DNA of 64,000 nt from Somniosus microcephalus (taxonomy: Eukaryota). A program made the translations under genes and the position numbers. This document shows positions 37,137-48,830 of this stretch, one piece after another. The stretch spans positions 27,652,001 to 27,716,000 of the forward strand of contig CM126213.1 of the NCBI GenBank assembly GCA_052327205.1, read 5' to 3'. How positions within the stretch are numbered: the stretch's first letter is position 1; each line of letters starts with the position of its first letter. The notes beneath the pieces are model-generated. The model ran no database searches. It worked only from the letters and a program-made list of their open reading frames with translations, and was not told where the DNA came from.

Positions 37137-40088
37137 TCATGTCCAAATTCCTGCCCGCTCCCCGTAACCCTTAATTCCCTTTACTTCTAGGAAACTGTCT
37201 ATTTCTGTTTTAAATTTATGTAATGATGTAGCTTCTACAGCTTTTTGGGGCAGCATATTCCATGGACCTACCACCCTCTGAGTGAAGTAGTTCCTCCTCA
37301 TCTCAGTTTTGAAAGAGTAGCCCCTTATTCTAAGACTATGCCCCCTAGTTCTAGTTTCACCCATCATCGGGAACATCCTCCCCGCATCCACCCAATCCAA
37401 CCCCTTCACAATCTTATATGTTTCAATAAGATCGCCTCTCATTCTTCTGAACTCCAATGAGTAGAGTCCCAATCTACTCAACCTCTCCTCATATGTCCAT
37501 CCCCTCATCCCCGGGATTAACCGAGTGAACCTTCTTTGTACTGACTCGAGAGCAAGTATGTCTTTTCTTAAGTATGGACACCAAAACTGTATGCAGTATT
37601 CCAGGTGCGGTCTCACCAATACCTTGTACAACTGAAGCAATACCTCCTTATTTTTATATTCTATCCCCCTAGCAATGAAAGCCAACATTCCATTGGCCTT
37701 CTTAATCACTTGCTGCACCTGCATACTAATCTTTTGAGTTTCGTGCACCAGGACCCCCAGATCCCTTTGTACTTCAGTACTTTCCAGTTTCTTGCCATTA
37801 AGATAATAACTTGCTCTACAATTTTTCCTGCCAAAGTGCATAACCTCACACTTTCCAGTATTGTATTCCATCTGCCAAATCTCTGCCCACTTACTTAGCC
37901 TGTCTATGTCCCCTTGCAGGTTTTTTATGTCCTCCTCACTCACTACTTTCCCTCCCATCTTAGTATCATCTGCAAACTTTGATATGTTACACTCGGTCCC
38001 CTCCTCCAAATCGTTAACATAGATTGTAAAGAGTTGGGGACACAGCACTGACCCCTGCGGAACACCACTAGTTATTGATTGCCAGTCTGAGAATGAACCA
38101 TTTATCCCAACTCTCTGCCTTCTGTTAGATAGCCAATCCTCTATCCATGCCAGAATATTACCCCCAATCCTGTGATTTTTTATCTTAAGCAATAATCTTT
38201 TGTGTGGCACCTTGTCAAATGCCTTTTGGAAGTCTAAATACACTACGTCCACTGGTTCCCCTTTATCCACCCTATATGTTACTTCCTCAAAGAACTCCAG
38301 CAAATTTGTCAAACATGACTTCCCCTTCATAAAACCATGCTGACTTTGTCCTATTAAATTATGATTATCCAAATGTCCTGTTACTGTCTCCTTAATAATG
38401 GACTCCAAAAAGTTACCTACCACAGATGTTAGGTTAACCGGTCTATAGTTTCCAGCCTTCTGTCTACTGCCCTTTTTAAATAAGGGTGTTACATTAGCAG
38501 TTTTCCAGTCTGCTGGGACCTTTGCTGAGTCCAGGGAGTTTTGCAAAATTATTACCAATGCATCCACAATCCCTACCGTCACTTCCCTCAAGACCCTAGG
38601 ATGTAAGCCATCAGGCCCAGGTGATTTATCCGCCTTGAGTCCCATTATTTTACCGAGTACCACTTCCTTAGTGATTTTGATCATGTTTAGCTCCTCCCCC
38701 CGTATAGCCCCCTGTTTGTCCAGTGTTGGGACATTCTTAGTGTCCTCTACTGTAAAGACTGATACAAAATATTCATTCAGTGTTTTAGCCATCTCCATAT
38801 TTCCCACCATGAATTTCCTGGTCTCATCCTCTAAGGGACCAACATTTACTTTAGCCACCCTTTTTCTTTTTATATAACTATAAAAACTCTTACTATCTGT
38901 TTTTATATTTTTTGTTAATTTACTTTCATAATCTATCTTCCATTTCTTAATCAATCTTTTTGTTATTTTTTGCTGTCTTTTAAAGTTTTCCCAATCCTCT
39001 ATCCTCCCACTAGATTTGGCTACCTTATATGCCCTTGTTTTTAGTCGAATACTATCCTTAATTTCTTTACTTAGCCACGGATGGCTGTCTTTTCTTTTAC
39101 ACCCTTTTCTTGTCAGTGGAATATATTTTTTTTGGAAGTTGTAAAATAACTCCTTAAATGTACACCACTGATCATGTATCGTCTTACCCTTTAATCTATT
39201 TTCCCAATCCACTCTACTCAATTCCGCTCTCATACCTTCATAGTCTCCTTTATTCAAGCTTAGCATGCTTGTTTGAGATCCAACCTCCTCACCCTCTAAT
39301 TGAATATGGAATTCAACCATGTTATGGTCACTCATTCCAAGGGGATCCTTTACTAGGACATTTTTAATTAATCCTGTCTCATTACACAGGACCAGATTTA
39401 AGGTTGCTTGCCCCCTGGTCGGTTCAGTTACATACTGCTCAAGAAACCCATCCCTAATACACTCAATGAACTCATCCTCAAGGCAGCCCTGCCCAACTTG
39501 ATTTGTCCAATTAATATGATAGTTAAAATCCCCCATAATTATAGATGTTCCCTTATTACAAGCCTCAACTATTTCCTGATTAATACTCTGTCCAACAGAG
39601 TTACAACTGTTCGGAGGCCTATAGACTACGCCCACTCGTGTTTTTTTCCTCTTATTATTCCTTATCTCCACCCAAACTGTTTCATATTCCTGATCTTTTG
39701 ACCCAATATCATTTCCCTGTATTATAGTGATTCCTTCTTTTATTAACATAGCCACCCCACCTCCCCTTCCTTCCTGCCTGTCCTTCCTGATCGTTAAATA
39801 ACCTGGTATGTTTAATTCCCAGGCATTGTCACCCTGCAGCCATGTTTCTGAATTGGCCACAAGATCATACCCATATGTAGTTATTTGTGCCATTAACTCG
39901 TCTATTTTGTTACGAATGCTACATGCATTCAGATAGAGAACTTTCAAATATGTTTTGTGACACTTAGTTCCTGCTTTTGCCCTTTTTATTACTTTACCTT
40001 TTACTCCATACCTTCTGCCCCTTCCTGACACGCTCTGGTTTTTAATTTCCCCAATGCTACCTAAGTCTATGACCTTCTCTGTTGTCAT
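37137..40088 (-). CDS. CR1 ORF2, APE endonuclease plus reverse transcriptase, 983 aa intact
   Basis: ETWL, VYRPP, GDFN and SDH (APE); DFQKAFD, GVPQGS and FADD (RT); no stops. Confidence 0.95.
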   Translation of the reverse strand: MTTEKVIDLGSIGEIKNQSVSGRGRRYGVKGKVIKRAKAGTKCHKTYLKVLYLNACSIRNKIDELMAQITTYGYDLVANSETWLQGDNAWELNIPGYLTIRKDRQEGRGGGVAMLIKEGITIIQGNDIGSKDQEYETVWVEIRNNKRKKTRVGVVYRPPNSCNSVGQSINQEIVEACNKGTSIIMGDFNYHINWTNQVGQGCLEDEFIECIRDGFLEQYVTEPTRGQATLNLVLCNETGLIKNVLVKDPLGMSDHNMVEFHIQLEGEEVGSQTSMLSLNKGDYEGMRAELSRVDWENRLKGKTIHDQWCTFKELFYNFQKKYIPLTRKGCKRKDSHPWLSKEIKDSIRLKTRAYKVAKSSGRIEDWENFKRQQKITKRLIKKWKIDYESKLTKNIKTDSKSFYSYIKRKRVAKVNVGPLEDETRKFMVGNMEMAKTLNEYFVSVFTVEDTKNVPTLDKQGAIRGEELNMIKITKEVVLGKIMGLKADKSPGPDGLHPRVLREVTVGIVDALVIILQNSLDSAKVPADWKTANVTPLFKKGSRQKAGNYRPVNLTSVVGNFLESIIKETVTGHLDNHNLIGQSQHGFMKGKSCLTNLLEFFEEVTYRVDKGEPVDVVYLDFQKAFDKVPHKRLLLKIKNHRIGGNILAWIEDWLSNRRQRVGINGSFSDWQSITSGVPQGSVLCPQLFTIYVNDLEEGTECNISKFADDTKMGGKVVSEEDIKNLQGDIDRLSKWAEIWQMEYNTGKCEVMHFGRKNCRASYYLNGKKLESTEVQRDLGVLVHETQKISMQVQQVIKKANGMLAFIARGIEYKNKEVLLQLYKVLVRPHLEYCIQFWCPYLRKDILALESVQRRFTRLIPGMRGWTYEERLSRLGLYSLEFRRMRGDLIETYKIVKGLDWVDAGRMFPMMGETRTRGHSLRIRGYSFKTEMRRNYFTQRVVGPWNMLPQKAVEATSLHKFKTEIDSFLEVKGIKGYGERAGIWT

Positions 40089-40126
40089 TTTTATTATTTG
40101 CTCTCTAGGAACCTCCCCCCCACTAG

Positions 40127-41075
40127 TTAGTTTAAAGCCCTCTCTACAGCCCTAGTTATATGATCCGCCAGGACTCTAGTCCCAGCACTGGCCAAGTGAA
40201 GCCCGTCCCAACGGAACAGCTCCCTCCTGCCCCAGTACTGGTGCCAGTGTCCCAGGAAGCAAAACCCATTTCTCCCACACCAGTCTTTGAGCCACGCATT
40301 TAACTCTCTAATTTTATTTGTCCTAGCCAAATTCGCTCGTGGCTCAGGTAATAGAGATTATTACCCTTGAGGTTCTGTTTTTTAATTTGTCCCCTAGCTG
40401 CTCATACTCCTTTAACAGAACCGGCTTCCTTGTCCTATCTATGTCGTTTGTACCAACATGGACCACGACAACTGGATCCACCCCCTCCCACTGCTAGTTT
40501 CTTTCCAGCCCAGAGGAGATGTCCTTAACCCTGGCACTGGGTAGGCAGCACAGCCTTTGGGACTCTCGCTCTCGGCTGCAGAGAACTCTATCTATCCCCC
40601 TAATAATACTATCCCCTACCACTACAACATTTCTATTTACTCCCCCCTCTTGAATGGCCCCCCGTTCCACGGTGCTGTGGCCAGGTTGCTCATCCTCCCT
40701 GCAGTCCCTGCTCCTGTCCCCACAGGGAGTAAGAACCTCGAACCTGTTGGACAAGAGCAAGGGCTGCGGCTCCTCCAGCTCTACCTCCTGGATCCCCGTA
40801 CCTGCCTCACTCGTAGTCACACCGTCCTGTCCCTGACCATGGGCTACATCTGAATTAATTAACTTCATAGGTGTGACCACCTCCTGATACACAGAGTCCA
40901 GGTACTTCTCCCCCTCCCTGATGTGTCGCAGTGTCTGAAGCTCAGACTCCAGCTCATCAACACGGAGCTGGAGTTCCTGTAGCAGCAGACACTTGTCACA
41001 GATGTAATCACTGTGAGCCTCAATGGGGTTCACCGGCTCCCACATCTTGCAACAGTAACACATCACCTGTTCCAT
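40127..41075 (-). pseudogene. CR1 ORF1 with zinc finger, coiled coil and SGNH esterase, disrupted
   Basis: CYCC...CDKC, leucine zipper, VVGDSII, HVGTND, DGLHL; stop at 40494-40496 and frameshift near 40350. Confidence 0.85.
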
Positions 41076-41652
41076 TCTATGTAATTAATTAAAATTTTTA
41101 TTGTTAGTTATGGACACCCTCTGCCCGATTTTAGATGCTAGTATTCCCTTTAATTCATTGGATTTAAATTAAATCAATCCCTCTAGTTACACCAGTTAAA
41201 TGGTTTACCAACAGTCACTCTGCACCAGAAAGGCCTTATTAACTACAACCCACAGTTAAAGTTTGAAAAGAGCACCTAACACCCCACTTACCCTAACTCA
41301 CACTTACCCAAACTCAGAGCACTCTCTGCTGACTCACACTCAGTGCTTGCTCGCACTAGCCTGGTCTTTTTATACTGTTTGTTTGTTTACAGCCAAATGA
41401 GTCACCCCTGCTGATTGGTTAGAAAACTGGTTTCCACTGCCTGCTGTGCCAATTTACTCCTACTGCAGTGTAACCTTGTTTTACTCTTCTTAAACCAACA
41501 GAATCCCAAATATTTAACTTTTCCCCTTTACTTAAACTGCTTAAGTAATCTTATCAAGAATGATTTAAAGAGAAATAACAATTAAAGAACTCTCACACTT
41601 ACCCAAACTCAGAGCACTCTCTGCTGACTCGCACTCAGTGCTTGCTCGCACT

Positions 41653-42202
41653 ACCGATGTCAGGCTTAGCGGTCTATAATTCCCCGTTTTCTCTCTACCA
41701 CCTTTTTTAAATAGTGGGGTTACATTAGCTATCCTCCAATCCATGGGAACTGTTCCAGAGTCTATAGAATTTTGGAAGATGACCAGCAATGCATCTACTA
41801 TTTCTAGGGCCACTTCCTTAAGTACCCTAGGATGTAGATTATCAGGCCCTGGGGATTTATCGGCCTTCAATCCCATCAATTTCCCTAACACCATTTCCCT
41901 ACAAATACTGATTTCTTTCAGTTCCTCCCTCTCATTAGACCCTATGTTCCCCGACATCTCTGGGAGGTTATTTGTGTCCTCCTTTGTGAAGACAGAACCA
42001 AAGTATGTATTTAATTGGTCTGCCATTTCTTTGTTCCCCATTATAAATTCCCCTGATTCTGACTGCAAGGGACCTACGCTTGACTTCACCAATCTTTTTC
42101 TCTTCACATATCTATAGAAGCTTTTACAATCAGTTTTTATGTTCCCCGCAAGCTACTCTCATAATCAATTTCCCCCCTCTTAATTAATCGCTTTGTCCTC
42201 CT
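41653..42202 (-). mobile_element. 5' portion of the interrupted CR1
   Basis: KRKRLVK..VGPL...KSPGPDNLHPRVLKE...NYRPLSLTSVV joins to ..KMLESIIK at 36900. Confidence 0.9.
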
Positions 42203-43026
42203 TGTGGGAAGATGAGAAGTAGGAAAGTTTTCCTTTGAAAGCAGTTCTTCAAACCGTATTATTCTCCCTTGGGCAAGAAAGTGGCATTCGAAAGGAGACC
42301 CCGAATTATCAAAACATTAGTCTGTGAAAAATGACAGACTCCTAGACATCAGAATGAAAAAGCAAAGAATTCCTTAAGGCCTTCCTGTGGCTGGATGTAA
42401 ATATTATTGTAATGTTCTATTAGTTCACCTCTCTTGAAACACGTGCCTTCATGTAGGATTTTGTTTTAATTACCTGCTTACATTTCTGAAGATTGAAGGG
42501 TCTCCACGGGCCAGACTTCACAGAGCCACATCTGTTGTGAATGAAGTGAGTTATCCACCTAATGAGTTTTCTGCAGCCAGTCATGAATGATATTAATGGC
42601 ACATAACAGCCCATCTTTTACATTCAAGTGAGTGGTTTTAGTTAAGACGGGAACTGTTGGTTGAGTGAAAGAAACAAATGGAGCGCCAGACCGATTAGTA
42701 GACATTTATCACCAAGGAAACTGTCAGGAAGGCGCGCGAAGACTTTGAAATATAGGCAGAATATTCCAGGCAGGCATCTGTGATGGAACTGCTTGTTTTA
42801 AGTGAAGGAATGTATTATTTCACATACGTGTTGTATCAGCTGCTGCAAAGGTAATGACAACATGGAGAGGGCCTGAGAGGGGCGCTGGAGGAATTGGACG
42901 AAAGTTGATTATGTGAAACAAAATAATATACTGGTTATTAAAGTGTGCTCGATTCATAACGCTAAGGTTAGAGATGCATTGAGGGAACCTGTGACACTGT
43001 GGATTCAGAACCAAAACGAGATTGAA

Positions 43027-43157
43027 GGGGTGAATTTTTGCTCTCCTCGTTGCTCTCGTGTTATCTCGCTGGACACTCTACAGACCATGGGATCTTCAGG
43101 AAATGATGAATGTCCCTCACCAAACCCTTGGGCACAAAGTTTTTAAAAATTCACCCC
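43027..43157. mobile_element. Very short TIR element
   Basis: Perfect 13-bp inverted ends GGGGTGAATTTTT / AAAAATTCACCCC. Confidence 0.5.
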
Positions 43158-43884
43158 GCACCCCCCACCACCCCCCCTGCCTCAAGCGATAGGTGCCAGC
43201 TGTAACAGCAGAAATTCTTGTGGAGGATCAGTTCTACTCCCTGGAAAAATGTGACAGAGTGCAACTGCTTAAAAAGATAATTGGTACAGAATTCTCCCTT
43301 TGAAAACTTCAAGGAGTCTTTCAGTAAAGGTTCAGTGCGCCGTACTTCAATACTCCTGAGAATGCTGCATTTGGAAACAATTTGTACCTGCAGGAGAAGG
43401 TATTATAAAATCCTTGATAGATGCCAAGAGCCTACGCACCCAACCAACTGCACGATGTGGCCGTTGCATCTGCACCCAGCAGATGGAAGAAGCCCCCAGG
43501 GAAGGAGAACTTTGCTAGAATCAACGTCATTATGATAGCGACAAACTTACCTTTAATGATTTCTGCAATAACCTCAGAATTATTTGTAAAACTTTTGTAG
43601 AAATTGCTTAGATAATATAAGAAAATGAAGAGAAGTAACAAAGTAAAGCTTTAATAGGACTGGTTTCAGTTCCTCCACAGAGACTGTCAGAAGTCTTGCT
43701 CGTGAAAGACAAGAGTTTCCAATCAGTGCTATTTTAACAGCTGTGCTAGCCTGTTTAAGATGGATGGATTAACAACAATTGGAAAATTCAAGCTATGCCA
43801 ACCCCTTCATTTATTTTTTAATTTGCATTCAGCAGCAAAACATATAGGGGTCACCACAAGGCTAGTATCTTCCACTTGACACTT

Positions 43885-46800
43885 TTTGTATTCGCTCATG
43901 GGATGTGGGCATCGCTGGCAAGGCCAGCATTTATTGCCCATCCCCAGTTGCACTTGAGAAGGTGGTGGTGAGCTGCCTTCTTGAACCGCTGCAGTCCCTG
44001 TGGTGAAGGTACTCCCACAGTGCTGTTAGGGAGGGAGTTCCAGGAGTTTGACCCAACGACATTGAAGGAACGGCGATATATTTCCAAGTCAGGATGGTGT
44101 GTGACTTGGAGGGGAACTTGGAGGTGGTGGTGTTCCCTTACGCCTGCTGCCCTTGTCCTTCTAGGTGGTAGAGGTCGCAGGTTTGGGAGGTGCTGCCAAA
44201 GACACAATGGCGAGTTGCTATAGTGCAACTTGTAGATCTTCAGCCAGAAGTGCCGAGTGGATGATCCATATTGGCCTACTCCTGAGGTCCCCACCATCAC
44301 AGAAGCCAGTCTCCAGCCAATTCGATTCACTCCACATGATATCAAGAAATGGCTGAGTGCACTGGATACAGCAAAGACTATGGGCCCCGACAACTTCCCG
44401 GCTGTCGTGCTGAAGACTTGTGCTCTAGAACTAGCCGCACCTCTAGCCAAGCTGTTCCAGTACAGCTACAACACTGGCATCTATCCGACAATGTGGAAAA
44501 CTGCCCAGATATGTCCTGTCCACAAAAAGCAGGACAAATTCAACCCGGCCAATTACCGCCCCATCAGTCTACTCTCAATCATCAGCAAAGTGATGGAAGG
44601 TGTCATCAACAGTGCTATCAAGCGGCACTTACTCACCAATAACCTGCTCACTGATGCCCAGTTTGCTAGGTATGACTCCAGCCAGTGAAGAGTTTTCCCC
44701 CTGATTCCCATTGACTTCAGTTTTGCTAGGGCTCCTTGATGCCACACTCGGTCAAATGCTGCCTTGATGTCAAGGGCAGTCACTCTCACCTCACCTCTGG
44801 AATTCAGCTCCTTTGTCCATGTTTGGACCAAGGCTGTAATGAGGTCGGGAGCCGAGTGGTGTTGGAGGAACCGAAACTGGGCACCAGTGAGCAGGTTATT
44901 GATGAGTAAGTGCCGCTTGATAGCACTGTCGACGACACCTTCCATCCCTTTGCTGATGATTGAGAGTAAACTGATGGGGCGCCATTTGGCCAGATTGGAT
45001 TTGTCCTGGTTTTTGTGGACAGGACATACCTGGGCAGTTTTGCACATTGTCGGATAGATGCCAGTGTTGTAGCTGTACTGGAACAGCTTGGCTAGAGGCA
45101 CGACAGCTGGGATGTTGTTGGGGACCACAACCTTTGCTGTATCTAGTGTGCTCAGCTGTTTCTTGATATCACGTGGAGTGAATCGAATTGGCTGAAGACT
45201 GGCTTCTGTGATGGTGGGGACCTCAGGAAGAAGCCAATATGGATCATCCACTCGACAGTTCTGGATGAGCAAAAATTTTCTTCAATTAAATATCGGGAAA
45301 ACCGAAGCCATTGTTTTCGGTCCCCGTCACAAATGCCATTCCCTAGCCACTGACTCCATCCCTCTCCCTAACATCTGTCTGAGGCTGAACCACACTGTTC
45401 GCAACCTTGATGTCATAGTTGAACCTGAAATGAGCTTCCGACCACATATCCACAGCATAACAAAGACCACCTACTTCCACCTCTGTAACATCGCCTGTCT
45501 CCGCCCCTGCCTCAGCTCATCCGCTGCTGAATCCCTCATCCATGCCTTTGTTGCCTCTAGACTTGACTATTCCGACGCACTCCTGGCTGGCCTCCCACAT
45601 TCCACCCTATGTGAACTTGAGGTCATCCAAAACTCGGCTGCCAGTGTCCTAACTCGCACTAAATCCCACTCGCCCATCACCCCTGTACTCGCTGACCTAC
45701 ATTGGCTCCTGGTTAAGCAGCGCCTCAATTCAAAATTCTCATCCTTGTTTTCAAATCCCTCCATGGCCTCGCCCCTTCCTATCTCTGTAATCTCCTTTAA
45801 CCCCACAACCCCCGAGATATCTGCGCTCCTCTAATTCTGCCCTCTTACGGATCCCTGATTATAATCGCTCAACCTTTGGTGGCTGTGCCTTCTGTTGCCT
45901 AGGCCCTAAGCTCTGGAATTCCCTGCCTCAGCCTCTCCGCCTCACTACCTCTCTTTCTTCCTTTAAGACGCTCCTTAAAACCTACCTCTTTGACCAAGCT
46001 TTTAGTCACCTGCCCTAATTTATCCTTATGTGGATCGGTGTCAAATTTTTTGTTTTAAAATACTCCTGTGCAGCACCTTGGGATGTTTTACTATGTTAAA
46101 GGTGCTATATAAATACAAGATGTTGTTGTTGAAGATGGTTGCAAACGCTTCAGCTTTGTCTTTTGCACTGACGTGCTGGACTCCACTATCATTGAGGATG
46201 GGGATATTCATGGAGCCTCCCCCTCCCGTTAGTTGTTTAATGGTCCACCGCCATTCATGACTGGATGTGGCAGGACTGCAGAGCATTGATCTGATCCGTT
46301 GATTGTGAGATCGCTTAGCTCTGTCTATAGCATGCTGCTTCTGCTTTTTAGCATGCATGTAGTCCTGTGTTGCAGCTTCCCCAGGTTGGCACTGCATTTT
46401 TAGGTACGCCTGGTGCTGCTCCTAGCATGCTCTTCTACACTCCTTATTGAACCAGGGTTGGTCCCCTGGCTTGATGGTAATGGTAGGGTGAGGGATATGC
46501 TGGGCCATGAGGTTACAGATTGTGGTGGAATACAATTCTGCTGCTGCTGATGGCCCACAGTGCCTCATGGATACCCAGTTTTGAGCTGCTAGATCTGTTC
46601 TGAATCTATCCCATTTTGCACGGTGGTAGTGCCACACAACACGATGGAGGGTGTCCTCGGTGTGAAGACGGAACTTCGTCTCCACAATGACTGTGCAATG
46701 GTCACTGCTGCCAATACTGTCATGGACAGATGCATCTGTGACAGGTAGATTGGTGAGGACGAGGTCAAGTAGTTTTCTCCCTCATGTTGGTTCTCTCACC

Positions 46801-47700
46801 ACCTGTCGCAGACCCAGACTAGAAGCTCTGTCCTTCAGGACTCGGCCAGCTTGGTCAATAGTGGTGCTACTGAGCCACTCTTGGTGATGGACATTGAAGT
46901 CCCCCACCCAGAGTACATTCAGTGCCCTTGCTACTCTCAGTGCTTCTTCCACATGGGGTTCAACATAGAGGAGTACTGAGGGAGGGCGGTAGGTAGTAAT
47001 CAGCTGGAGGTTTCCTTGCCCATGCTTGACCTGAGACTTCATGGGGTCGGGAGTCAATGTTGAGGACTCCCAGGGCCACTCCTCCCCAACTGTATACCAC
47101 TGTGCCACCACCCCTGCTGGGTCTGTCCTGTCGGTGGATGGAGATGGAGATGGAAGAGTTCGGGACATTGGCTGAAAGGTCTGATTTTGTGAGTATGACT
47201 ATGCCAGGCTGTCGCTTGACTAGTCTGTGGGACAGCTCTCCAATTTTGGCACAAGTCCCCAGATGTTAGTGAGGAGGACTTTGCAAGATCGACTGGGCTG
47301 GGTGTGCCATTGTTGTGTCCGTAGCTGGTGCCGAGGTCGATGCCGGGAGATCCGTCCGGTTTTGATTCTTATTTGTAGCAGTTTGTTACAACTGAGTGGC
47401 TCGCTAGGCCATTTCAGAGGGCAGGTAAGTGTCAACCAGAGGGTCTGGAATCACAGATAGGCCAGACCAGGTAAACACTGCAGATTTCCTTCCCTAAAGG
47501 ACATTAGTGAACCAAATGTTTTTTTTTTTTTACGACAATCCGATAGTTTCATGGTCAACATTACTGATACTAGCTTTTCTTTTATTTAGATTTATTTAAT
47601 TAGCTGAATTTAAATTCCCCAGCTGCCGTGGTGGGATTTGAACTCACGTCTCCAGACCATTAGTCCAGGCCTCTGGATTACTAGTCTAGTTCCCGCTACT
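43885..47700 (-). mobile_element. Zenon-like LINE, long decayed copy with internal inversion and nested L2
   Basis: APE motifs YRPP and GDFN (46782-47168), RT LDIKAAFDRVWH, 3' tail at 43885-44235; segment 44236-44663 is on the opposite strand. Confidence 0.85.
45261..46130 (+). mobile_element. L2 LINE 3' fragment inserted in the Zenon-like LINE
   Basis: WMSKNFLQLNIGKTE...HAFVASRLDY...LHWL and a (GTT)n tail; host sequence resumes at GAAGATGGTTGC. Confidence 0.9.
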
Positions 47701-48052
47701 GTCGCTAAGGTTGCGCAGTGTATGTCCAGATTTCAGGCACAAGTTGACTCTGGAATTAAGTGGGTGAGGCTCCCTCCAACGTGAAGCTTCACTCTGCTCT
47801 TCTCCAGTGTCACGTCAGGACCATGTGCTGGATATAGGCTGCACTAGGGGAGTAATTCTTTGAGTATTTGCCAGCAGCAGGAAACTTTGCCCAGTGACCC
47901 CACTTGTCGGTAAATCATGGGCAGCACGCCCATGTTTAGTAAATTCATATAGGCTTAAGTGTGGTCAGCACAGGTCAGAGATCTGCACTCCTTTACGACT
48001 CATCGTGGTCTTCTCTAGATGGCAGATTGATGTGTGAAGTAAAGTTCTCCCA

Positions 48053-48830
48053 GCAGTTCAACAGGTGTTAGAGTACAGGTGGTCTCATGTCAGTTCAACA
48101 GGTATTAGAGTACAGGTGGTCTCATGTCAGTTCAACAGGTATTAGAGTACAGGTGGTCTCATGTCAGTTCAACAGGTATTAGAGTACAGGTGGTCTCATG
48201 TCAGTTCAACAGGTGTTAGAGTACAGGTGGTCTCATGTAGGTTAAACAGGTATTAGAGTACAGGTGGTCTCATGTCAGTTCAACAGGTATTAGAGTAGAG
48301 TACAGGTCAGTTCAATAGGTGTTAGAGTACAGGTGGTCTCATGTAGGTTCAACAGGTATTAGAGTACAGGTGGTCTTATGTCAGTTCAATAGGTGTTAGA
48401 GTACAGGTGGTCTCATGTCAGTTCAACAGGTATTACAGTACAGGTGGTCTCATGTAGGTTCAACAGGTGTTAGAGTACAGGTGGTCTCATGTCAGTTCAA
48501 CAGGTATTAGAGCACAGGTGGTCTCATGTCAGCTCAACAGGTATTAGAGTACAGGTGGTCTCATGTAGGTTCAACAGGTATTACAGTACAGGTGGTCTCA
48601 TGTAGGTTCAACAGGTGTTAGAGTACAGGTGGTCTCATGTCAGTTCAACAGGTATTAGAGTACAGGTGGTCTCATGTCAGTTCAACAGGTATTAGAGTAC
48701 AGGTGGTCTCATGTAGGTTCAACAGGTGTTAGAGTACAGGTGGTCTCATGTCAGTCTAATAGGTATTAGTGCACAGGGAGGTCTTCCAGCAGTTCAGTAG
48801 GTATCAGAGTACAGGTGGTCTCTCAGCGGT
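48053..48830. repeat. 37-bp minisatellite, about 21 copies
   Basis: Unit CAGTTCAACAGGTATTAGAGTACAGGTGGTCTCATGT head to tail, no spacers, degenerate at the right end. Confidence 0.95.

Larger units (their letters stand above)
36903..41652 (-). mobile_element. Apparently full-length CR1 LINE nested in another CR1
   Basis: 5' UTR, ORF1, ORF2 and (TTCTTATG)n tail; the host CR1 is interrupted between ..GCATTTTC and ACCGATG with no clear TSD. Confidence 0.92.

Noticed and set aside
48053-48830. CRISPR-like array (37-bp repeat)
   Set aside because: Units are contiguous with no unique spacers, there are no cas genes, and the context is vertebrate.
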